Counted from the first letter of the stretch, positions 9,962 to 22,886 are shown. The stretch: 64,000 bases of DNA from Candidatus Oxydemutatoraceae bacterium (GCA_965219575.1 OZ244779.1:1932769-1996768); one strand, 5' to 3'. Made by a program: numbers and translations. Notes: generated from the sequence alone by a model not told the origin.

Positions 9962-11082
9962 TCGGACTCGAGTATTTGTTTCAGAGTCTCTAGAAAACGT
10001 CGGTTTTGTTCCGCCGAACCTACCGTCACCCGTAAATGCCGTGGCATATCGTAATTTTCTATGGCGCGTATAATCACGCCGCGTTCCAACAACGCGTCAT
10101 AAATTACCGCCGCTTGCGCGCCGATTTCTATACATAAAAAATTAGCTGCCGACGGCAAACATTTTAAACCCAGTTTGCTACACCCATCCGACAAATAAGC
10201 CAAGCCTTCGCTATTCAACCGTACACTTTTCTCGAGATACACCGTATCGTCGAGCGACGCAATCGCAGCCTTCAACGCCAAAGCATTATTATTAAAAGGT
10301 TGACGCAGACGGTCGAACAAATCGGCAATCTCAACCGACGAGAGCGCATAACCTATGCGTAGACCGGCGAGTGCATAAATTTTAGAAAAAGTTTGAGTAA
10401 CGATCAGATTCGGATAGTCGTCCAACCATTTCGATGCATCGGGATAGTCGTGGACTTGCGCGTATTCGGCATACGCTTGATCGACGACGACGACGATATG
10501 CTCGTCCACGGACTCCATAAACCGTCTGAGGTCGGCTTCTTTAATCCAAGTACCGGTAGGGTTATTGGGGTTGGCAATGAATACAACCGCGGTACGCTCG
10601 TCTATCACCTCTAAAAAGCGTTGCATATCGTGTCCGTAAGGCATCTCGTCATCGGCGGTTTGAGGTGTCGCTCGATGCGCTGCCGCACCCGAGATTCGGG
10701 TTACCAAGTCATAGATTTCAAACGCATGCTCGGAGTAGACTGCATTTTTGCTTTTATCCAGAAAGCAACGGGCAACGAATTCGAGCAACTCGTTGGAACC
10801 GTTTCCCAGAGTAATCCGGTTCGCCGAGATACCGTGCCGTTCGGCGAGCTTGGCTTTGAGTAGCAAGCCGGTACCACTCGGATAAAGATGTACTCGGTCG
10901 GCGTGGTCGCACATCGCCGCTACCGCACGAGGGCTGGGACCCAAAGCGTTTTCGTTCGAGGACAGCTTGATCGCTTCGAGTGTCGCAGACGATTTCCCCA
11001 AATCCTCGACGCTCTTACCCGGCTGATAGGGTTTTATATCGAGTAAGGAGGCTGAGCAATGTTGTTCGGGCTTAAAGGTCAT
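9958..11082 (-). CDS. hisC: Histidinol-phosphate aminotransferase
   Basis: KLSSNEN, ANPNNPTG, TFSKIYALAGLRIGY. Confidence 0.95.
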   Translation of the reverse strand: MTFKPEQHCSASLLDIKPYQPGKSVEDLGKSSATLEAIKLSSNENALGPSPRAVAAMCDHADRVHLYPSGTGLLLKAKLAERHGISANRITLGNGSNELLEFVARCFLDKSKNAVYSEHAFEIYDLVTRISGAAAHRATPQTADDEMPYGHDMQRFLEVIDERTAVVFIANPNNPTGTWIKEADLRRFMESVDEHIVVVVDQAYAEYAQVHDYPDASKWLDDYPNLIVTQTFSKIYALAGLRIGYALSSVEIADLFDRLRQPFNNNALALKAAIASLDDTVYLEKSVRLNSEGLAYLSDGCSKLGLKCLPSAANFLCIEIGAQAAVIYDALLERGVIIRAIENYDMPRHLRVTVGSAEQNRRFLETLKQILESE

Positions 11083-11094
11083 CGTTTTTTATCT

Positions 11095-11577
11095 CTATCT
11101 CGGTAGTTGATTATAAAATCCTAAACATCCATCCTCTATCAAGTCGAATAGATGCGTATAAACATCGATCGCATTATCGGTCTCCTGCATCAGTACTTCT
11201 CGATTACCGAAGTACTCCGAATAAGCCATTATATACTCGGGTTCGTTGTGTCCTTCCATCCAATACCGCACCGGTACATAATGCGCTCGCTCGAAGATGA
11301 ATACCCGATTATAGCTTTGCGGATTCAGCACTTGCAACGGTGTCGAACGATAAACCGATAAATCATAGCCACGCCGTGCGGCGACATCGCCGATCATCGG
11401 GTCGCAAGGCCGACCGTGGCAAGCCCGAATACCTGCAGAATCTATGTGCATTGCCAGAGAGGTTTGATTTTTAATATACTCGAAAACCGCGTGTCCGACG
11501 ATCGAACGGCACGTGTTCAGAGTGCATACAAAAAGTAATGCCGAAGTATTAAATTGTGTCTTCTGCGGTTTTGGCAT
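11095..11577 (-). CDS. Low-molecular-weight phosphotyrosine phosphatase family protein (divergent)
   Basis: [13 protein letters not shown]-loop, IDSAG; DPY motif absent; start ATG 11577 overlaps the rpoC end. Confidence 0.8.
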   Translation of the reverse strand: MPKPQKTQFNTSALLFVCTLNTCRSIVGHAVFEYIKNQTSLAMHIDSAGIRACHGRPCDPMIGDVAARRGYDLSVYRSTPLQVLNPQSYNRVFIFERAHYVPVRYWMEGHNEPEYIMAYSEYFGNREVLMQETDNAIDVYTHLFDLIEDGCLGFYNQLPR

Positions 11578-14500
11578 CCTCTTTTTCAAGAGTGCTTTGC
11601 AGGTTCATTTCAAACTCGTCCATTAAATTTTTCTCGGGAACATCCCAAGCCGTTCCTGCCGGGATCAAGCGACCGACGATTACATTCTCCTTTAATCCTC
11701 TCAACATATCGCTGGAACCTTTGATTGCCGATTCGGTCAGTATCTTCGTCGTCTCTTGGAAAGAAGCCGCGGAAATAAACGACTCGGTCGATAAAGAAGC
11801 CTTTTTGATGCCCTGCAGTAAAGCCTCGTACTTGGCGGGTTCTTTGCCTGCAGCCTCGAGGTTTTTATTAATCTCGGCGAGCTTGATTTTCTCGACGGTA
11901 TCGTCCACCAGATATTTACTGTCGCCCGGGTCTACGATACGCACCCTACGCATCATTTGTCTGATAATGACCTCTATATGTTTATCGTTAATTTTTACAC
12001 CTTGTAGTCTATAGACATCTTGTATTTCTTTCACCAAATAATCGGCCATTTCGTTGATACCCAACAACCGCAAGATGTCGTGCGGATTTCTTTCGCCTTC
12101 GGATATAACCTCGCCTTTCTCTACATACTCGCCTTCGGCAATTTCTATACGACGCCATTTGGGTACGAATACATGGTGCTTTTCCTGCTTGCCGGTAATG
12201 ACAATCTTTTGCTTGCCACGAATTTCCCTATCGAAGCCGATGGTTCCCGAACACTCGGCCAGAATAGCCGCTTCTTGTGGGATGCGTGCCTCGAATAAAT
12301 CGACGACTCGCGGCAAACCACCGGTGATATCGCGCGTCTTCGAACTCTCCTGCGGGATACGGGCGATTGTGTCACCGACATTGATCTTATCTCCGTCGTC
12401 TACGGTGACTATCATGCCCGGCATCAACCGATAGTGCGCGGTTCTGCCGTCGCTTAATTTTATTTCCTTGCCTTTTTTGGTAATAGAAATCGCCGGTGTT
12501 TGATCTTTCACGACCGGCATAACCACATAGGTACTCAATCCGGTCACCTCGTCGGTCTGCTTGTAGACGGTACTGCCCTCGGTGAAATTCTCCAACTTAA
12601 TGGTGCCTTTGGTTTCGGCAATGACCGGGTGCATGTGGGGATCCCAGTTGACGATCACCGTGCCGGCTTCGACGACATCTCCCTCCTTATGACTCAAACG
12701 TGCGCCATAAGGAATTTTGTAGCGTTCTCTCTCGTTGCCGGCCTCGGTGACGATGCTAATCTCTCCCGAGCGCGAAACGACGATGTAACTGTCGTCGTGT
12801 TCTATCAATTTAACTTTGTGTAGACGAACGATACCGTCGGTTTTAGGTGCAATGCTATTGACCGAAACCGAACGGCTTACCGCACCGCCGATATGGAAAG
12901 TCCGCATCGTCAGTTGTGTGCCCGGCTCGCCTATGGATTGTGCGGCGATAATGCCTACCGCCTCTCCCTCACTCACCAAGCTACCCCTAGCCAAGTCTCG
13001 TCCATAGCACATCGCACAAACACCGTATGCGGACTCGCATGTGATGGGTGAACGCACTTTGATTTGATCTATACCGTGTTGCGTTAACAATGCGATCGCT
13101 TTTTCATCCAACAATTCGCCTTCGGCAATAATCGTCTTTTTATTCATTTTTACATCTTCTGCAAGTACTCTGCCCAAAGTACGTTCGGCCAGGCTCTCCA
13201 CAACTTCACCGCCTTCTATATTGGATTTGATATAAATACCCTCCCGAGTACCGCAGTCTTTCTCGACGACTATAACATCCTGCGATGCATCGACCAATCG
13301 GCGCGTCAAATAGCCCGAGTTTGCCGTTTTGAGTGCGGTGTCTGCGAGACCTTTGCGAGCACCGTGCGTAGAAATGAAGTACTGCAAGAGATTCAATCCC
13401 TCTCGGAAATTGGCGGTGATCGGCGTTTCGATAATAGAACCGTCGGGTTTCGCCATCAGTCCGCGCATCCCGGCGAGCTGTCGAATCTGTGCAGCGGAAC
13501 CACGAGCACCCGAGTCGGCCATCATGAATATAGAGTTGAACGAAGGTTGCGAGGTGTTCTTACCGCTGTGATCCTTGACTATTTCGGTGCTCAATTCGTC
13601 CATCATGTGAGATGCGATGCGGTCGTTGGCATTAGACCAAATATCGACGGTTTTGTTGTATTTTTCACCACCGGTCACCAAACCCGCTGCGTATTGACGT
13701 TCTATACCTTTGACTTCGTTCTCCGCTTCGGCTAAAACAGCCTGCTTGTCGCGAGGAATAACCATATCGTCGACACCGAAGGAGATTCCCGCCTTGGTCG
13801 CATAATAAAAGCCGGTATACATTAAGTGATCGGCAAAGACCGCCGTCGCCTTAAGTCCCGCTTCTCTATAACTCACATCTATGAGCTCCAGTATGCGGCG
13901 TTTATCCAGTACTCTATCAACCAATTCGAAAGCTAATCCCTCGGGCAAAATACGAGACAAGATGGCACGACCGGTTGTGGTTTCGGTTAGCTGTAGCCTC
14001 TCTTCCCCGGGTATCTTCAGACGTACTTTGATTCGCGCATGCAAGTCGACTTGTTTGGTTTCATACGCCCGCTCGACTTCATCCAAATCGGCAAACAGAC
14101 TCCCTTCGCCTTTGGCATTGATACGCTCACGCGTCATATAATACAAGCCCAAGACGATGTCCTGCGTAGGCACGATGATAGGGGAACCACTCGCCGGTGA
14201 AAAGATATTGTTGGTGGACATCATCAAACAACGCGCTTCGGCTTGAGCCTCCAGAGACAAAGGCACATGAACCGCCATTTGGTCGCCGTCGAAATCGGCA
14301 TTGAAGGCGGTACAAACCAGAGGATGCAACTGTATCGCCTTACCTTCGATCAAAATCGGTTCGAACGCCTGTATGCCCAAGCGATGCAGGGTCGGCGCAC
14401 GGTTCAACAATATCGGGTATTCTCTGATAATTTCGTCTAATACATCCCAAACCTCGGGGCCTTGTTTTTCGACCAACTTCTTGGCATTTTTGATCGTGTC

Positions 14501-15676
14501 GACGACCCCTCTCAAATAGAGTTTGCTATAGATAAAGGGTCTAAACAATTCCAGCGCCATTTGTTTAGGTATCCCGCACTGATGGAGCTTTAGCGAAGGT
14601 CCTACGACAATGACCGAACGCCCGGAATAATCGACACGCTTACCGAGTAGGTTCTGGCGAAATCGCCCTTGTTTGCCCTTGATCATATCGGCTAAGGACT
14701 TCAGCTGCCGTTTATTGTTTGCGACGGCGACACGACCACAGCGGCCGTTATCGAGCAGCGCATCGACCGATTCCTGCAACATACGCTTCTCGTTGCGTAC
14801 GATGATGTCGGGAGCCTTGATCTCGAGCAGTCGTCTCAAACGGTTATTTCGGTTAATCACCCTACGGTACAAATCGTTTAAATCCGAACTTGCAAAACGA
14901 CCGTCGCTCAAAGGCACCAAAGGGCGCAAATCGGGAGGTAATATAGGCAACACCGTCAAAACCATCCATTCGGGCTTGTTGCCCGAGTCTATAAAGGCTT
15001 TGACGAGTTTGAGGCGCTTGGTCAAACGTTTGATCTTCGCCTCGGATTTGGTTTTAGAAATCTCCTCTCGTAACTCTATAACTTGTTTTTCCAAGTCCAA
15101 ATCTTGGAGCAACCGCATAATGGCTTCCGCCCCCATGCCGACCTCGAATTGCTCTCCTTGCTCTTCGATGATGTCGAAGTATTCATCGTCGGTGAGTATT
15201 TGCTTGACCTTCAAATCGGTCATGCCGCTATCGAGCACTACATGACTTTCAAAATACAAAACGCGCTCTATATCGCGCGGTGCCATATCGAGTAACAGTC
15301 CTATTTTGGAAGGCAGCGATTTAAGGAACCAGATGTGTACGACCGGGCTGGCAAGATCGATATGTCCCATCCGCTCTCGCCGAACACGCGAAAGGGTTAC
15401 TTCGACCCCGCACTTTTCACAAACCACGCCGCGGTGTTTGAGACGCTTATATTTTCCGCACAGACATTCGTAATCTTTAATAGGTCCGAAAATTTTGGCG
15501 CAAAACAATCCGTCGCGCTCGGGTTTCAAAGTCCTGTAGTTGATCGTTTCCGGTTTTCTCACCTCGCCGTAAGACCAAGAGCGAATTTCATCCGGCGACG
15601 CAATACTGATTTTCAGAAAATTGAATTTTTTCTCGTCGTACTGCGACTTTTTGAGTATGTCAAATAAACCTTTCAT
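11549..15676 (-). CDS. rpoC: RNA polymerase beta' subunit
   Basis: NADFDGD catalytic motif, Zn finger, full length. Confidence 0.99.
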   Translation of the reverse strand: MKGLFDILKKSQYDEKKFNFLKISIASPDEIRSWSYGEVRKPETINYRTLKPERDGLFCAKIFGPIKDYECLCGKYKRLKHRGVVCEKCGVEVTLSRVRRERMGHIDLASPVVHIWFLKSLPSKIGLLLDMAPRDIERVLYFESHVVLDSGMTDLKVKQILTDDEYFDIIEEQGEQFEVGMGAEAIMRLLQDLDLEKQVIELREEISKTKSEAKIKRLTKRLKLVKAFIDSGNKPEWMVLTVLPILPPDLRPLVPLSDGRFASSDLNDLYRRVINRNNRLRRLLEIKAPDIIVRNEKRMLQESVDALLDNGRCGRVAVANNKRQLKSLADMIKGKQGRFRQNLLGKRVDYSGRSVIVVGPSLKLHQCGIPKQMALELFRPFIYSKLYLRGVVDTIKNAKKLVEKQGPEVWDVLDEIIREYPILLNRAPTLHRLGIQAFEPILIEGKAIQLHPLVCTAFNADFDGDQMAVHVPLSLEAQAEARCLMMSTNNIFSPASGSPIIVPTQDIVLGLYYMTRERINAKGEGSLFADLDEVERAYETKQVDLHARIKVRLKIPGEERLQLTETTTGRAILSRILPEGLAFELVDRVLDKRRILELIDVSYREAGLKATAVFADHLMYTGFYYATKAGISFGVDDMVIPRDKQAVLAEAENEVKGIERQYAAGLVTGGEKYNKTVDIWSNANDRIASHMMDELSTEIVKDHSGKNTSQPSFNSIFMMADSGARGSAAQIRQLAGMRGLMAKPDGSIIETPITANFREGLNLLQYFISTHGARKGLADTALKTANSGYLTRRLVDASQDVIVVEKDCGTREGIYIKSNIEGGEVVESLAERTLGRVLAEDVKMNKKTIIAEGELLDEKAIALLTQHGIDQIKVRSPITCESAYGVCAMCYGRDLARGSLVSEGEAVGIIAAQSIGEPGTQLTMRTFHIGGAVSRSVSVNSIAPKTDGIVRLHKVKLIEHDDSYIVVSRSGEISIVTEAGNERERYKIPYGARLSHKEGDVVEAGTVIVNWDPHMHPVIAETKGTIKLENFTEGSTVYKQTDEVTGLSTYVVMPVVKDQTPAISITKKGKEIKLSDGRTAHYRLMPGMIVTVDDGDKINVGDTIARIPQESSKTRDITGGLPRVVDLFEARIPQEAAILAECSGTIGFDREIRGKQKIVITGKQEKHHVFVPKWRRIEIAEGEYVEKGEVISEGERNPHDILRLLGINEMADYLVKEIQDVYRLQGVKINDKHIEVIIRQMMRRVRIVDPGDSKYLVDDTVEKIKLAEINKNLEAAGKEPAKYEALLQGIKKASLSTESFISAASFQETTKILTESAIKGSSDMLRGLKENVIVGRLIPAGTAWDVPEKNLMDEFEMNLQSTLEKEDAKTAEDTI

Positions 15677-15697
15677 TGGATTCTCTCCTTAATAATC

Positions 15698-18600
15698 TTA
15701 AGACTCTTTTTGTCCGAGATCCATATTGAGGCCTAAAGAACGTATCTCTTTGACCAAAACATTAAAGGACTCGGGAATATTCGCTTCGACATTACAGTTG
15801 TTATTGACTATGCTTTTGTATACTTTGTTTCGCCCGCGCACATCGTCCGACTTGACGGTCAGCATCTCCTGCAAAACATGCGCGGCACCGTAAGCCTCGA
15901 GTGCCCATACCTCCATCTCACCGAAACGCTGCCCGCCGAACTGTGCTTTACCTCCCAAGGGATGCTGGGTAATCATGCTATAAGGACCTGTCGCACGCGC
16001 ATGCATTTTGTCGTCAACCATATGATTTAACTTCATAATATACATATAGCCGACCGTAATCGGTCTATCGAATAAATCGCCGGTTCGCCCGTCTTGCAAA
16101 ATTGCCTGCCCGGATTGCGGCAACCCGGCCAAAGACAGCATGCCTTTTACTTCTTTTTCTTTGACACCGTCGAAAACCGGTGTTGCAATAGGTATACCAT
16201 TGCTCAAATTGTCGGCTAAACTTAATATCTCCTTATCTTTGATCTTTTGTAAGTTTTCCTTGTGAACCATATCACCTTCGTTATAATCGTAAATTTTCTG
16301 AAGGAAATCGCGTATCGTCGATGCTTTGTCGTTGCCGCTACGCATTTTCCCGATATTCCATCCCAAAGCCTTGGCCGCCCACCCCAAGTGAGTCTCCAAT
16401 ACTTGCCCGACATTCATCCGAGAAGGCACACCCAGAGGATTCAATACGATATCTACCGGTGTCCCGTCTTCCAGATAAGGCATATCTTCGGTAGGGACGA
16501 TCGCCGACACGACCCCCTTGTTGCCATGTCGACCGGCGAGTTTGTCGCCCGGCTGTATGCGGCGTTTGACCGCCAGATACACCTTGACCGTTTTCAAAAT
16601 ATCGGGCGGCATGACATCGCCGGCTTGTAACTTTTTCTGTTTTTTCTTGAAATTCGCTTCTAAACGCGCCCGTTGCTCTTGCAAGCGTTTTGCCAATTTT
16701 TCCAGTTGCAAACTGACCTCGTCGTTCTGCATCCGTACGCTAAACCACTTGTCGCGCTCCAGTCGGTCCAAATAAGACTGCGTGACCTTCATGCCTTTTT
16801 CCAAAGCATTCGGACCTCCGGCTACGACCTTGTTGAGGATTAAATTTTTAACTCGATTAAAAACATCGTTCTCGTAAATGCGCAATTCGTCGTTATAGTC
16901 TTTGCGCGCTTTTTCTATCTCCTGCTTTTGTATCTCCTGTGCACGACTATCCTTGGGTATGTCTTCTCGGGTGAAAATTTTAACGTCTACGACAGTACCC
17001 TCTATGCCCGACGGCACGCGTAAAGAATTGTTCTTTACATCCGAAGCCTTTTCGTCGAATATCGCTTGTAGCAGTTTCTCTTCCGGCGTCAGCGGACTCT
17101 CGCTCTTCGGTGTCACCTTGCCGACTAAAATATCGCCGGATTTGACTTCGGCACCCATATAAACGACACCGGAGTCATCTAATTTAGATAGCAGACTTTC
17201 GCTAACATTCGGTATATCGGCGGTAATTTCCTCGTCGCCCAACTTGGTGCTACGCGCCACACAGGTGAGTTCTTCTATATGAATAGAAGTAAAACTATCC
17301 TCCTCGACGACGCGATCGGAAATGAGTATCGAGTCTTCGTAGTTATAACCGTTCCACGGCATAAAAGCCACCAACACATTCTTACCCAAAGCCAGTTCTC
17401 CTAAATCGGTTGCCGAGCCGTCGGCTAAAACATCTCCTTGTTCTATCACATCGCCGACTTTGACCAAAGGACGCTGATTGATGCAGGTGTTATAGTTTGA
17501 ACGCATATACTTGGTCAGTTCATAAATATCCACACCGGCTTCGTCGGCAGAAACCTCTTTATCGTCGACTCGAACGACAATCCGCGCCGCATCGACCGTG
17601 TCGACGACACCGCCTCGGCGAGCTACCAATAACGCACCCGAATCGGTTGCGACCGTAGCCTCCAGACCCGTTCCCACCAACGGCTTTTCGCTGGTCAATA
17701 ACGGCACCGCCTGACGCTGCATATTGGATCCCATCAATGCACGATTTGCATCGTCGTGTTCCAAAAACGGAATGAGTGCCGCTGCCGCCGAAGCGATCTG
17801 TTTGGGAGAAACATCTATCAATTGCACCTTGTCCGGCGGGAACAAACTAAATTCGTTATTCTTTCTACACGAAACGAACTCTCCGACTAATTTGTTTCGC
17901 TCGTCGACTTCGGCATTTGCTTGTGCAATGACATACTCTCCTTCTTCTATCGCCGATAAAAAACGTATTTTATCGGTCACTACCGAGTTTTTAACTTCCA
18001 AATAACACGTTTCTATAAAACCGTAATGGTTGGGGTGTGCATAGACCGCCAGCGAGTTAATCAATCCGATATTGGCACCCTCGGGGGTTTCTATAGGGCA
18101 CAACCGACCGTAATGCGTCGGGTGCACATCTCGAACTTCAAAACCGGCGTGCTCACGCGCCAATCCACCCGGACCGAGTGCCGAAATTCGACGTTTGTGG
18201 GTAACCTCGGATAACGGATTATTCTGCTCCATAAATTGCGACAGTTGACTAGAACCGAAAAATTCCTTTATCGACGCCGAGACGGGTTTTGAGTTAACCA
18301 GATCCTTCGGCTTCAATTTATCGACTTCCGCTGTCGCCAGACGTTCTCTAACGACATGCTCAACCCGAACCAATCCGATGCGCAATGCGTTGCCTACCAT
18401 TTCGCCCACACAACGTACTCGGCGATTTCCCAAATGGTCGATATCGTCGACCGAACCCTCGCCGTTATGTATGCCGATGAGTGTCGAGATGACATCGATA
18501 ATGTCCTGCTTGTCTAATATGGTTGCGCCGGTATTGGAAGCTCTCTTTAGACGACTGTTGAATTTCATGCGTCCCACTTCGGATAAATTGTAGCGGTCGG

Positions 18601-19798
18601 GGTTGCTGAATAAATCGACAAATCTGGTTTTGGCGTGCTCTTCCGGTGGTTGTTTCTCGCCCGGATGCATCCTGCAATAAATTTCGAAATAAGATGCTTT
18701 TTGCGTACGCGGACAAACATCGATGTTTAAGGTATCCGAGATGTAAGAACCTCGGTTGATATCGTTCACATAAATTATGTCGAAGCTGTCTATGCCGGAG
18801 GCTTCGAATTTTTTCAGCCATGCCTCGGTGATCTCCTCGTTGACTCTTGCCAATAGTTCACCGGTACGGGGGGCGACTATATCTTTTGCGTGCACCTTTC
18901 CGCATAAGTATTCGGGAGGAATTGTCAGCTTTTTCAATCTAGATTTTTCCAACTCTTTAATGTGTGAGACATTGATACGCCTATTGGCTTCGACGATTAC
19001 ACGAGACGGTGTCTCTATGGCAAAATCCAAGGTCTGACCTCGCAAACGCTCGGGTACGAGTGCCATGCTATAGGTTCCCTTATCGTATTTGATAGTCTCC
19101 AACTCGAAGAAGGTACTCAATATTTCCTCGTCGCTCATCCCCAATGCCCTCAGAAAAACCGTAACCGGTATTTTGCAACGCCTGTCGATACGAACATACA
19201 AACATTCCTTGGAGTCGAATTCAAAATCCAACCACGAACCGCGATAAGGAATGATTCGTGCGGTATAAGTGGACTTACCCGAACCTTGTGTTTTTCTTTT
19301 ATCGTGTTCAAAAAAGACACCCGGAGAACGATGCAACTGCGACACGACGACGCGCTCGGTTCCGTTGATGACGAAAGTTCCGGTATCGGTCATCAACGGC
19401 AACTCACCCATATAAACTTCTTGTTCCTTAACTTCCTTCGGCGCACCTATTTTGTTCGCACCTTTTTTCTCATAAAATATTAAGCGCATCGTAACATGAA
19501 CAATCGCTGCATAAGTACGCCCTCTCAACTTACATTCTCTAACATCAAAAAGCGGGTCGCTTAGACGGTAGCTGACAAACTCGATCGCTGCCGTCTTGGA
19601 ATGGCTCACTATCGGAAATATAGATTTGAATATGGCTTGCAAACCCATATCTTTTCTATCCTTTTCGGCTATGTCGCTTTGTAAAAAGTCTTGATACGAA
19701 GATATCTGCATCTGTAACATATAAGGAATGTGATGCCTTTCGACGAATTTTCCGAAGCGTTTGCGTATGCGCTTCTTTGCTGTATAACTATAAGACAT
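15698..19798 (-). CDS. rpoB: RNA polymerase beta subunit
   Basis: [28 protein letters not shown], full length. Confidence 0.99.
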   Translation of the reverse strand: MSYSYTAKKRIRKRFGKFVERHHIPYMLQMQISSYQDFLQSDIAEKDRKDMGLQAIFKSIFPIVSHSKTAAIEFVSYRLSDPLFDVRECKLRGRTYAAIVHVTMRLIFYEKKGANKIGAPKEVKEQEVYMGELPLMTDTGTFVINGTERVVVSQLHRSPGVFFEHDKRKTQGSGKSTYTARIIPYRGSWLDFEFDSKECLYVRIDRRCKIPVTVFLRALGMSDEEILSTFFELETIKYDKGTYSMALVPERLRGQTLDFAIETPSRVIVEANRRINVSHIKELEKSRLKKLTIPPEYLCGKVHAKDIVAPRTGELLARVNEEITEAWLKKFEASGIDSFDIIYVNDINRGSYISDTLNIDVCPRTQKASYFEIYCRMHPGEKQPPEEHAKTRFVDLFSNPDRYNLSEVGRMKFNSRLKRASNTGATILDKQDIIDVISTLIGIHNGEGSVDDIDHLGNRRVRCVGEMVGNALRIGLVRVEHVVRERLATAEVDKLKPKDLVNSKPVSASIKEFFGSSQLSQFMEQNNPLSEVTHKRRISALGPGGLAREHAGFEVRDVHPTHYGRLCPIETPEGANIGLINSLAVYAHPNHYGFIETCYLEVKNSVVTDKIRFLSAIEEGEYVIAQANAEVDERNKLVGEFVSCRKNNEFSLFPPDKVQLIDVSPKQIASAAAALIPFLEHDDANRALMGSNMQRQAVPLLTSEKPLVGTGLEATVATDSGALLVARRGGVVDTVDAARIVVRVDDKEVSADEAGVDIYELTKYMRSNYNTCINQRPLVKVGDVIEQGDVLADGSATDLGELALGKNVLVAFMPWNGYNYEDSILISDRVVEEDSFTSIHIEELTCVARSTKLGDEEITADIPNVSESLLSKLDDSGVVYMGAEVKSGDILVGKVTPKSESPLTPEEKLLQAIFDEKASDVKNNSLRVPSGIEGTVVDVKIFTREDIPKDSRAQEIQKQEIEKARKDYNDELRIYENDVFNRVKNLILNKVVAGGPNALEKGMKVTQSYLDRLERDKWFSVRMQNDEVSLQLEKLAKRLQEQRARLEANFKKKQKKLQAGDVMPPDILKTVKVYLAVKRRIQPGDKLAGRHGNKGVVSAIVPTEDMPYLEDGTPVDIVLNPLGVPSRMNVGQVLETHLGWAAKALGWNIGKMRSGNDKASTIRDFLQKIYDYNEGDMVHKENLQKIKDKEILSLADNLSNGIPIATPVFDGVKEKEVKGMLSLAGLPQSGQAILQDGRTGDLFDRPITVGYMYIMKLNHMVDDKMHARATGPYSMITQHPLGGKAQFGGQRFGEMEVWALEAYGAAHVLQEMLTVKSDDVRGRNKVYKSIVNNNCNVEANIPESFNVLVKEIRSLGLNMDLGQKES

Positions 19799-19822
19799 GT
19801 GCTAGTCTCCTATGGCGGTGAA

Positions 19823-19856
19823 TGCGCAGTGCGCGCGAAATCGTGGGCGCATCGCA
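19823..19856 (-). terminator. Hairpin in the rplL-rpoB spacer (possible attenuator)
   Basis: Imperfect GC-rich inverted repeat; no U-tail. Confidence 0.35.
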
Positions 19857-19896
19857 TGCGACCGGCTTAAATTGCATAAACTGCAATTCAATCTGC

Positions 19897-20274
19897 TTAT
19901 TTAAGTTCAACCGAAGCCCCTGCCTCTTCCAGTTGCTTCTTCATTTCTTCGGCTTCTTCGGTCGCCACACCCTCTTTAACATTAGCCGGTGCGCTTTCAA
20001 CCAAATCTTTAGCCTCTTTAAGACCCAAGCTGGTAACCGCCCTAACCGCTTTGATTACCGCAACCTTGTTAGCACCGAAACCGGTCAATACGACATCGAA
20101 AGCACTTTTAGCCTCCTCTTCCGCAGCGGCGGCACCGCCGGCAGCGGCCGGTGCTGCGGCAACCGCGGCCGCCGACACACCGAACTTTTCCTCCATCGCC
20201 GAGACTAAATCGACAACTTCCATAACCGACATATTAGAAATAGCGTCTAGTATCTCTTCTCTTGAAACAGCCAT
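19897..20274 (-). CDS. rplL: 50S ribosomal protein L7/L12
   Basis: [22 protein letters not shown]; start MAVSREE after AGGAG. Confidence 0.98.
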   Translation of the reverse strand: MAVSREEILDAISNMSVMEVVDLVSAMEEKFGVSAAAVAAAPAAAGGAAAAEEEAKSAFDVVLTGFGANKVAVIKAVRAVTSLGLKEAKDLVESAPANVKEGVATEEAEEMKKQLEEAGASVELK

Positions 20275-20317
20275 TTTATTTACTCCTTGTGTATTTATAA
20301 ATGAAAAACTTAAAACT

Positions 20318-20845
20318 TTAACTTTGCTCTTTGAGCTCGCGTGTCGCTGCCACGACACGTACTATTTGCACCACAGGTGCTTGAATCGTTCTTAGCAATT
20401 TCTCTATCGGTGCCTTCATAACCGCCATCGTCAAACTCAGTGCTTGTTCGTAAGTCGGCAATTCGGCGAGCTGCTTAAGTTTCGAAATATCGTGTAGCTC
20501 ACCGTCCAGGGAAATTAATTTAACCTCGACATCTTTAATCTCCTTGACAAGGCTATGGATGATGCGCGCCGCAGCGACAGGGTCGTCCATCGAAAAAGCG
20601 ACCATCATAGGCCCGGATAAATGTTCGTTCATGCACGCGAACGGCGTGTCCGCCAATGCGCGTCGGGCAAGACTATTTTTGATAACCCGAATACGTACAC
20701 TCTGTTCGCGCGCCTGCTTGCGCAAATCGGTCATTCGGTTCGCAGCAATGCCGTGATAATCTATGGCCACGGCAGATTTGGCATCTGCGGCTATCGCTGC
20801 AACTTCCTCGACTATTCGTTTCTTGTCTTCGATCTTTAATGCCAT
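20318..20845 (-). CDS. rplJ: 50S ribosomal protein L10
   Basis: [30 protein letters not shown]. Confidence 0.97.
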   Translation of the reverse strand: MALKIEDKKRIVEEVAAIAADAKSAVAIDYHGIAANRMTDLRKQAREQSVRIRVIKNSLARRALADTPFACMNEHLSGPMMVAFSMDDPVAAARIIHSLVKEIKDVEVKLISLDGELHDISKLKQLAELPTYEQALSLTMAVMKAPIEKLLRTIQAPVVQIVRVVAATRELKEQS

Positions 20846-20852
20846 TTTTGCT

Positions 20853-21548
20853 TCAAATTGATAGACTACTACGGTCTATGGTTAAACCCGGTCCCATCGT
20901 CGAAGAGACACTGACTTTCTTCAGATATTGACCTTTAGCGGAAGCCGGTTTTGCCTTAATCACATCACCCAATAATGTATTGAAATTCTCCTCCAGTTGC
21001 CGTGCCGAAAAGGTTCGGCTCCCTATACTACAGTGCAATATACCCGCTTTATCGACACGATATTTGGCTCGCCCCGATTTTATACTGCGCACCGTCTCGG
21101 CAACATCCTTGCTTACCGTACCGTCTTTGGGGTTCGGCATCAAACCACGAGGCCCTAATATCTGACCGATGCTGCCGACCACCGGCATGACATCGGGAGA
21201 GGCAACAACCGCGTCATAATCAAAATCGCCTTGCTTTGCCTTCTCTACCAAATCTTGCAAGCCGACTACATCGGCACCCGCAGCTTCGGCTACCGCAACC
21301 TGCTCGCCTTGGGTAAAAACCGCAACTTTCACCTGCTTGCCCAGACCGTGCGGTAACGCGGTTGAACCGCGAACCAGCTGATCGTTCTTGCGTGGATCGA
21401 TACCCAGTCTAATACTCACATCTATGGACTCGTCGAATTTAACGCTCGAACACTCTTTCAATAGATCGAAGGCTTCGGTTAGCGAATACGACTCTTGCTT
21501 TTCGCACTTCTCTTTTATCGCCTTCATTCTTTTCGATAATTTAGCCAT
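20853..21548 (-). CDS. rplA: 50S ribosomal protein L1
   Basis: KFDESID, LGPRGLMPNPK, SSTMGPG. Confidence 0.98.
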   Translation of the reverse strand: MAKLSKRMKAIKEKCEKQESYSLTEAFDLLKECSSVKFDESIDVSIRLGIDPRKNDQLVRGSTALPHGLGKQVKVAVFTQGEQVAVAEAAGADVVGLQDLVEKAKQGDFDYDAVVASPDVMPVVGSIGQILGPRGLMPNPKDGTVSKDVAETVRSIKSGRAKYRVDKAGILHCSIGSRTFSARQLEENFNTLLGDVIKAKPASAKGQYLKKVSVSSTMGPGLTIDRSSLSI

Positions 21549-21550
21549 AT

Positions 21551-21982
21551 CTATATTTCCTCAACCGTGATGCCCATACTACGCGCACTGCCGGCGATGG
21601 TTCTAACCGCCGCATCCATCTCCGCCGCAGTCAGGTCGGCTTGCTTGGTCTTGACTATTTCCTCTATTTGCGCACGAGTAACCTTGCCTACCTTATCCAT
21701 ATTGGGGGTGCCGCTCCCTTTACCGATACCGGCGGCTTTTTTCAGCAATACCGCTGCCGGCGGCGATTTAATAATGAAACTAAAACTACGGTTATCGTAG
21801 ACCGTAATCACTACCGGCACCGGCATCCCCTTCTCGAAGTCTCCGGTACGGCTGTTGAATTCCTTACAAAAGTCTTGTATCGCTAAGCCGTGCTGACCCA
21901 AAGCCGGGCCTACCGGCGGGCTCGGGTTAGCCTCGCCTGCTGGTATTTGCAACTTTATATAAGTTTTTACTTCTGCTGCCAT
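21551..21982 (-). CDS. rplK: 50S ribosomal protein L11
   Basis: [24 protein letters not shown]. Confidence 0.98.
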   Translation of the reverse strand: MAAEVKTYIKLQIPAGEANPSPPVGPALGQHGLAIQDFCKEFNSRTGDFEKGMPVPVVITVYDNRSFSFIIKSPPAAVLLKKAAGIGKGSGTPNMDKVGKVTRAQIEEIVKTKQADLTAAEMDAAVRTIAGSARSMGITVEEI

Positions 21983-21993
21983 ACTCTATGCCG

Positions 21994-22530
21994 CTATATC
22001 TTCTCAACCTGATTAAAGGTGATCTCCACCGGAGTGGAACGACCGAAAATCTGCACACTCACCTGCAGTCTATTTTTCTCGTAATCCACCTCTTCGACAA
22101 CACCGTTAAAATCGTTAAAAGGTCCTCCGGTCACACGTATCACTTCGCCAACCTCGTACAATATCTTGGGTTTAGGCTTGCTCGCATCTTCTTTTATACG
22201 GCTGATGATGCTTTCAACTTCCTTTTGCGGCACCGGTGTGGGCTTGCTGGGTGAACTACCGATAAAACCCACAACTCTAGGAACGCCGTTGACCAGGTGC
22301 CAAGTGCGCTCGTCCATAACCATCTCTATTAACACATAGCCGGGAAAAAATTTACGCTCCACCTGATGCTTTTTTCCTGCCCGCATCTCAACCACAGTCT
22401 CTTGAGGTATCATGATTTCACCGAAACGATCTTCCAGCTTGTTTCGCTGCACTCTTTCTTCCAAAGATTTCTTCACCGAACCCTCGTATCCGGAATAGGT
22501 TTGCACTGCGTACCACTCCATTCTATTCAT
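21994..22530 (-). CDS. nusG: Transcription termination/antitermination factor NusG
   Basis: ERKFFPGYVL, GPFNDFNG KOW motif, IFGRSTPVE. Confidence 0.98.
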   Translation of the reverse strand: MNRMEWYAVQTYSGYEGSVKKSLEERVQRNKLEDRFGEIMIPQETVVEMRAGKKHQVERKFFPGYVLIEMVMDERTWHLVNGVPRVVGFIGSSPSKPTPVPQKEVESIISRIKEDASKPKPKILYEVGEVIRVTGGPFNDFNGVVEEVDYEKNRLQVSVQIFGRSTPVEITFNQVEKI

Positions 22531-22886
22531 TTAATAATGATTTGCATGAACCAAGCTAAAAACAAATCCAGTGCCCACAAAAAAAGTGCCACTATTAAAA
22601 CCATGACAAAAATCAGCAAGGTCGTCTGAAGGGTCTCGGCTTTCGTCGGCCATACCGTCTTTTGCAATTCAACCTGTGCACCCTGCAAAAAGATCGCAGT
22701 ACTTTTACCCGGTTTGGTCAAAAAGAATAATACGGCAGCAACCACGACCATCGCAAGTATAGCAAGCACGCGATACAGCAATATCTCGTCCGATAAATAA
22801 TAAAATAGAGCAAGCCCCGACGCTAAGGACAGAAACACACCTGCCAATTTAATGCGATCCATCAATAAATCATTGGTATTTGCCAT
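22527..22886 (-). CDS. secE: Preprotein translocase subunit SecE
   Basis: Three TM helices, ELQKTVWPT..ET; start ATG 22886 (the longer ORF overlaps tRNA-Trp). Confidence 0.95.
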   Translation of the reverse strand: MANTNDLLMDRIKLAGVFLSLASGLALFYYLSDEILLYRVLAILAMVVVAAVLFFLTKPGKSTAIFLQGAQVELQKTVWPTKAETLQTTLLIFVMVLIVALFLWALDLFLAWFMQIIIK

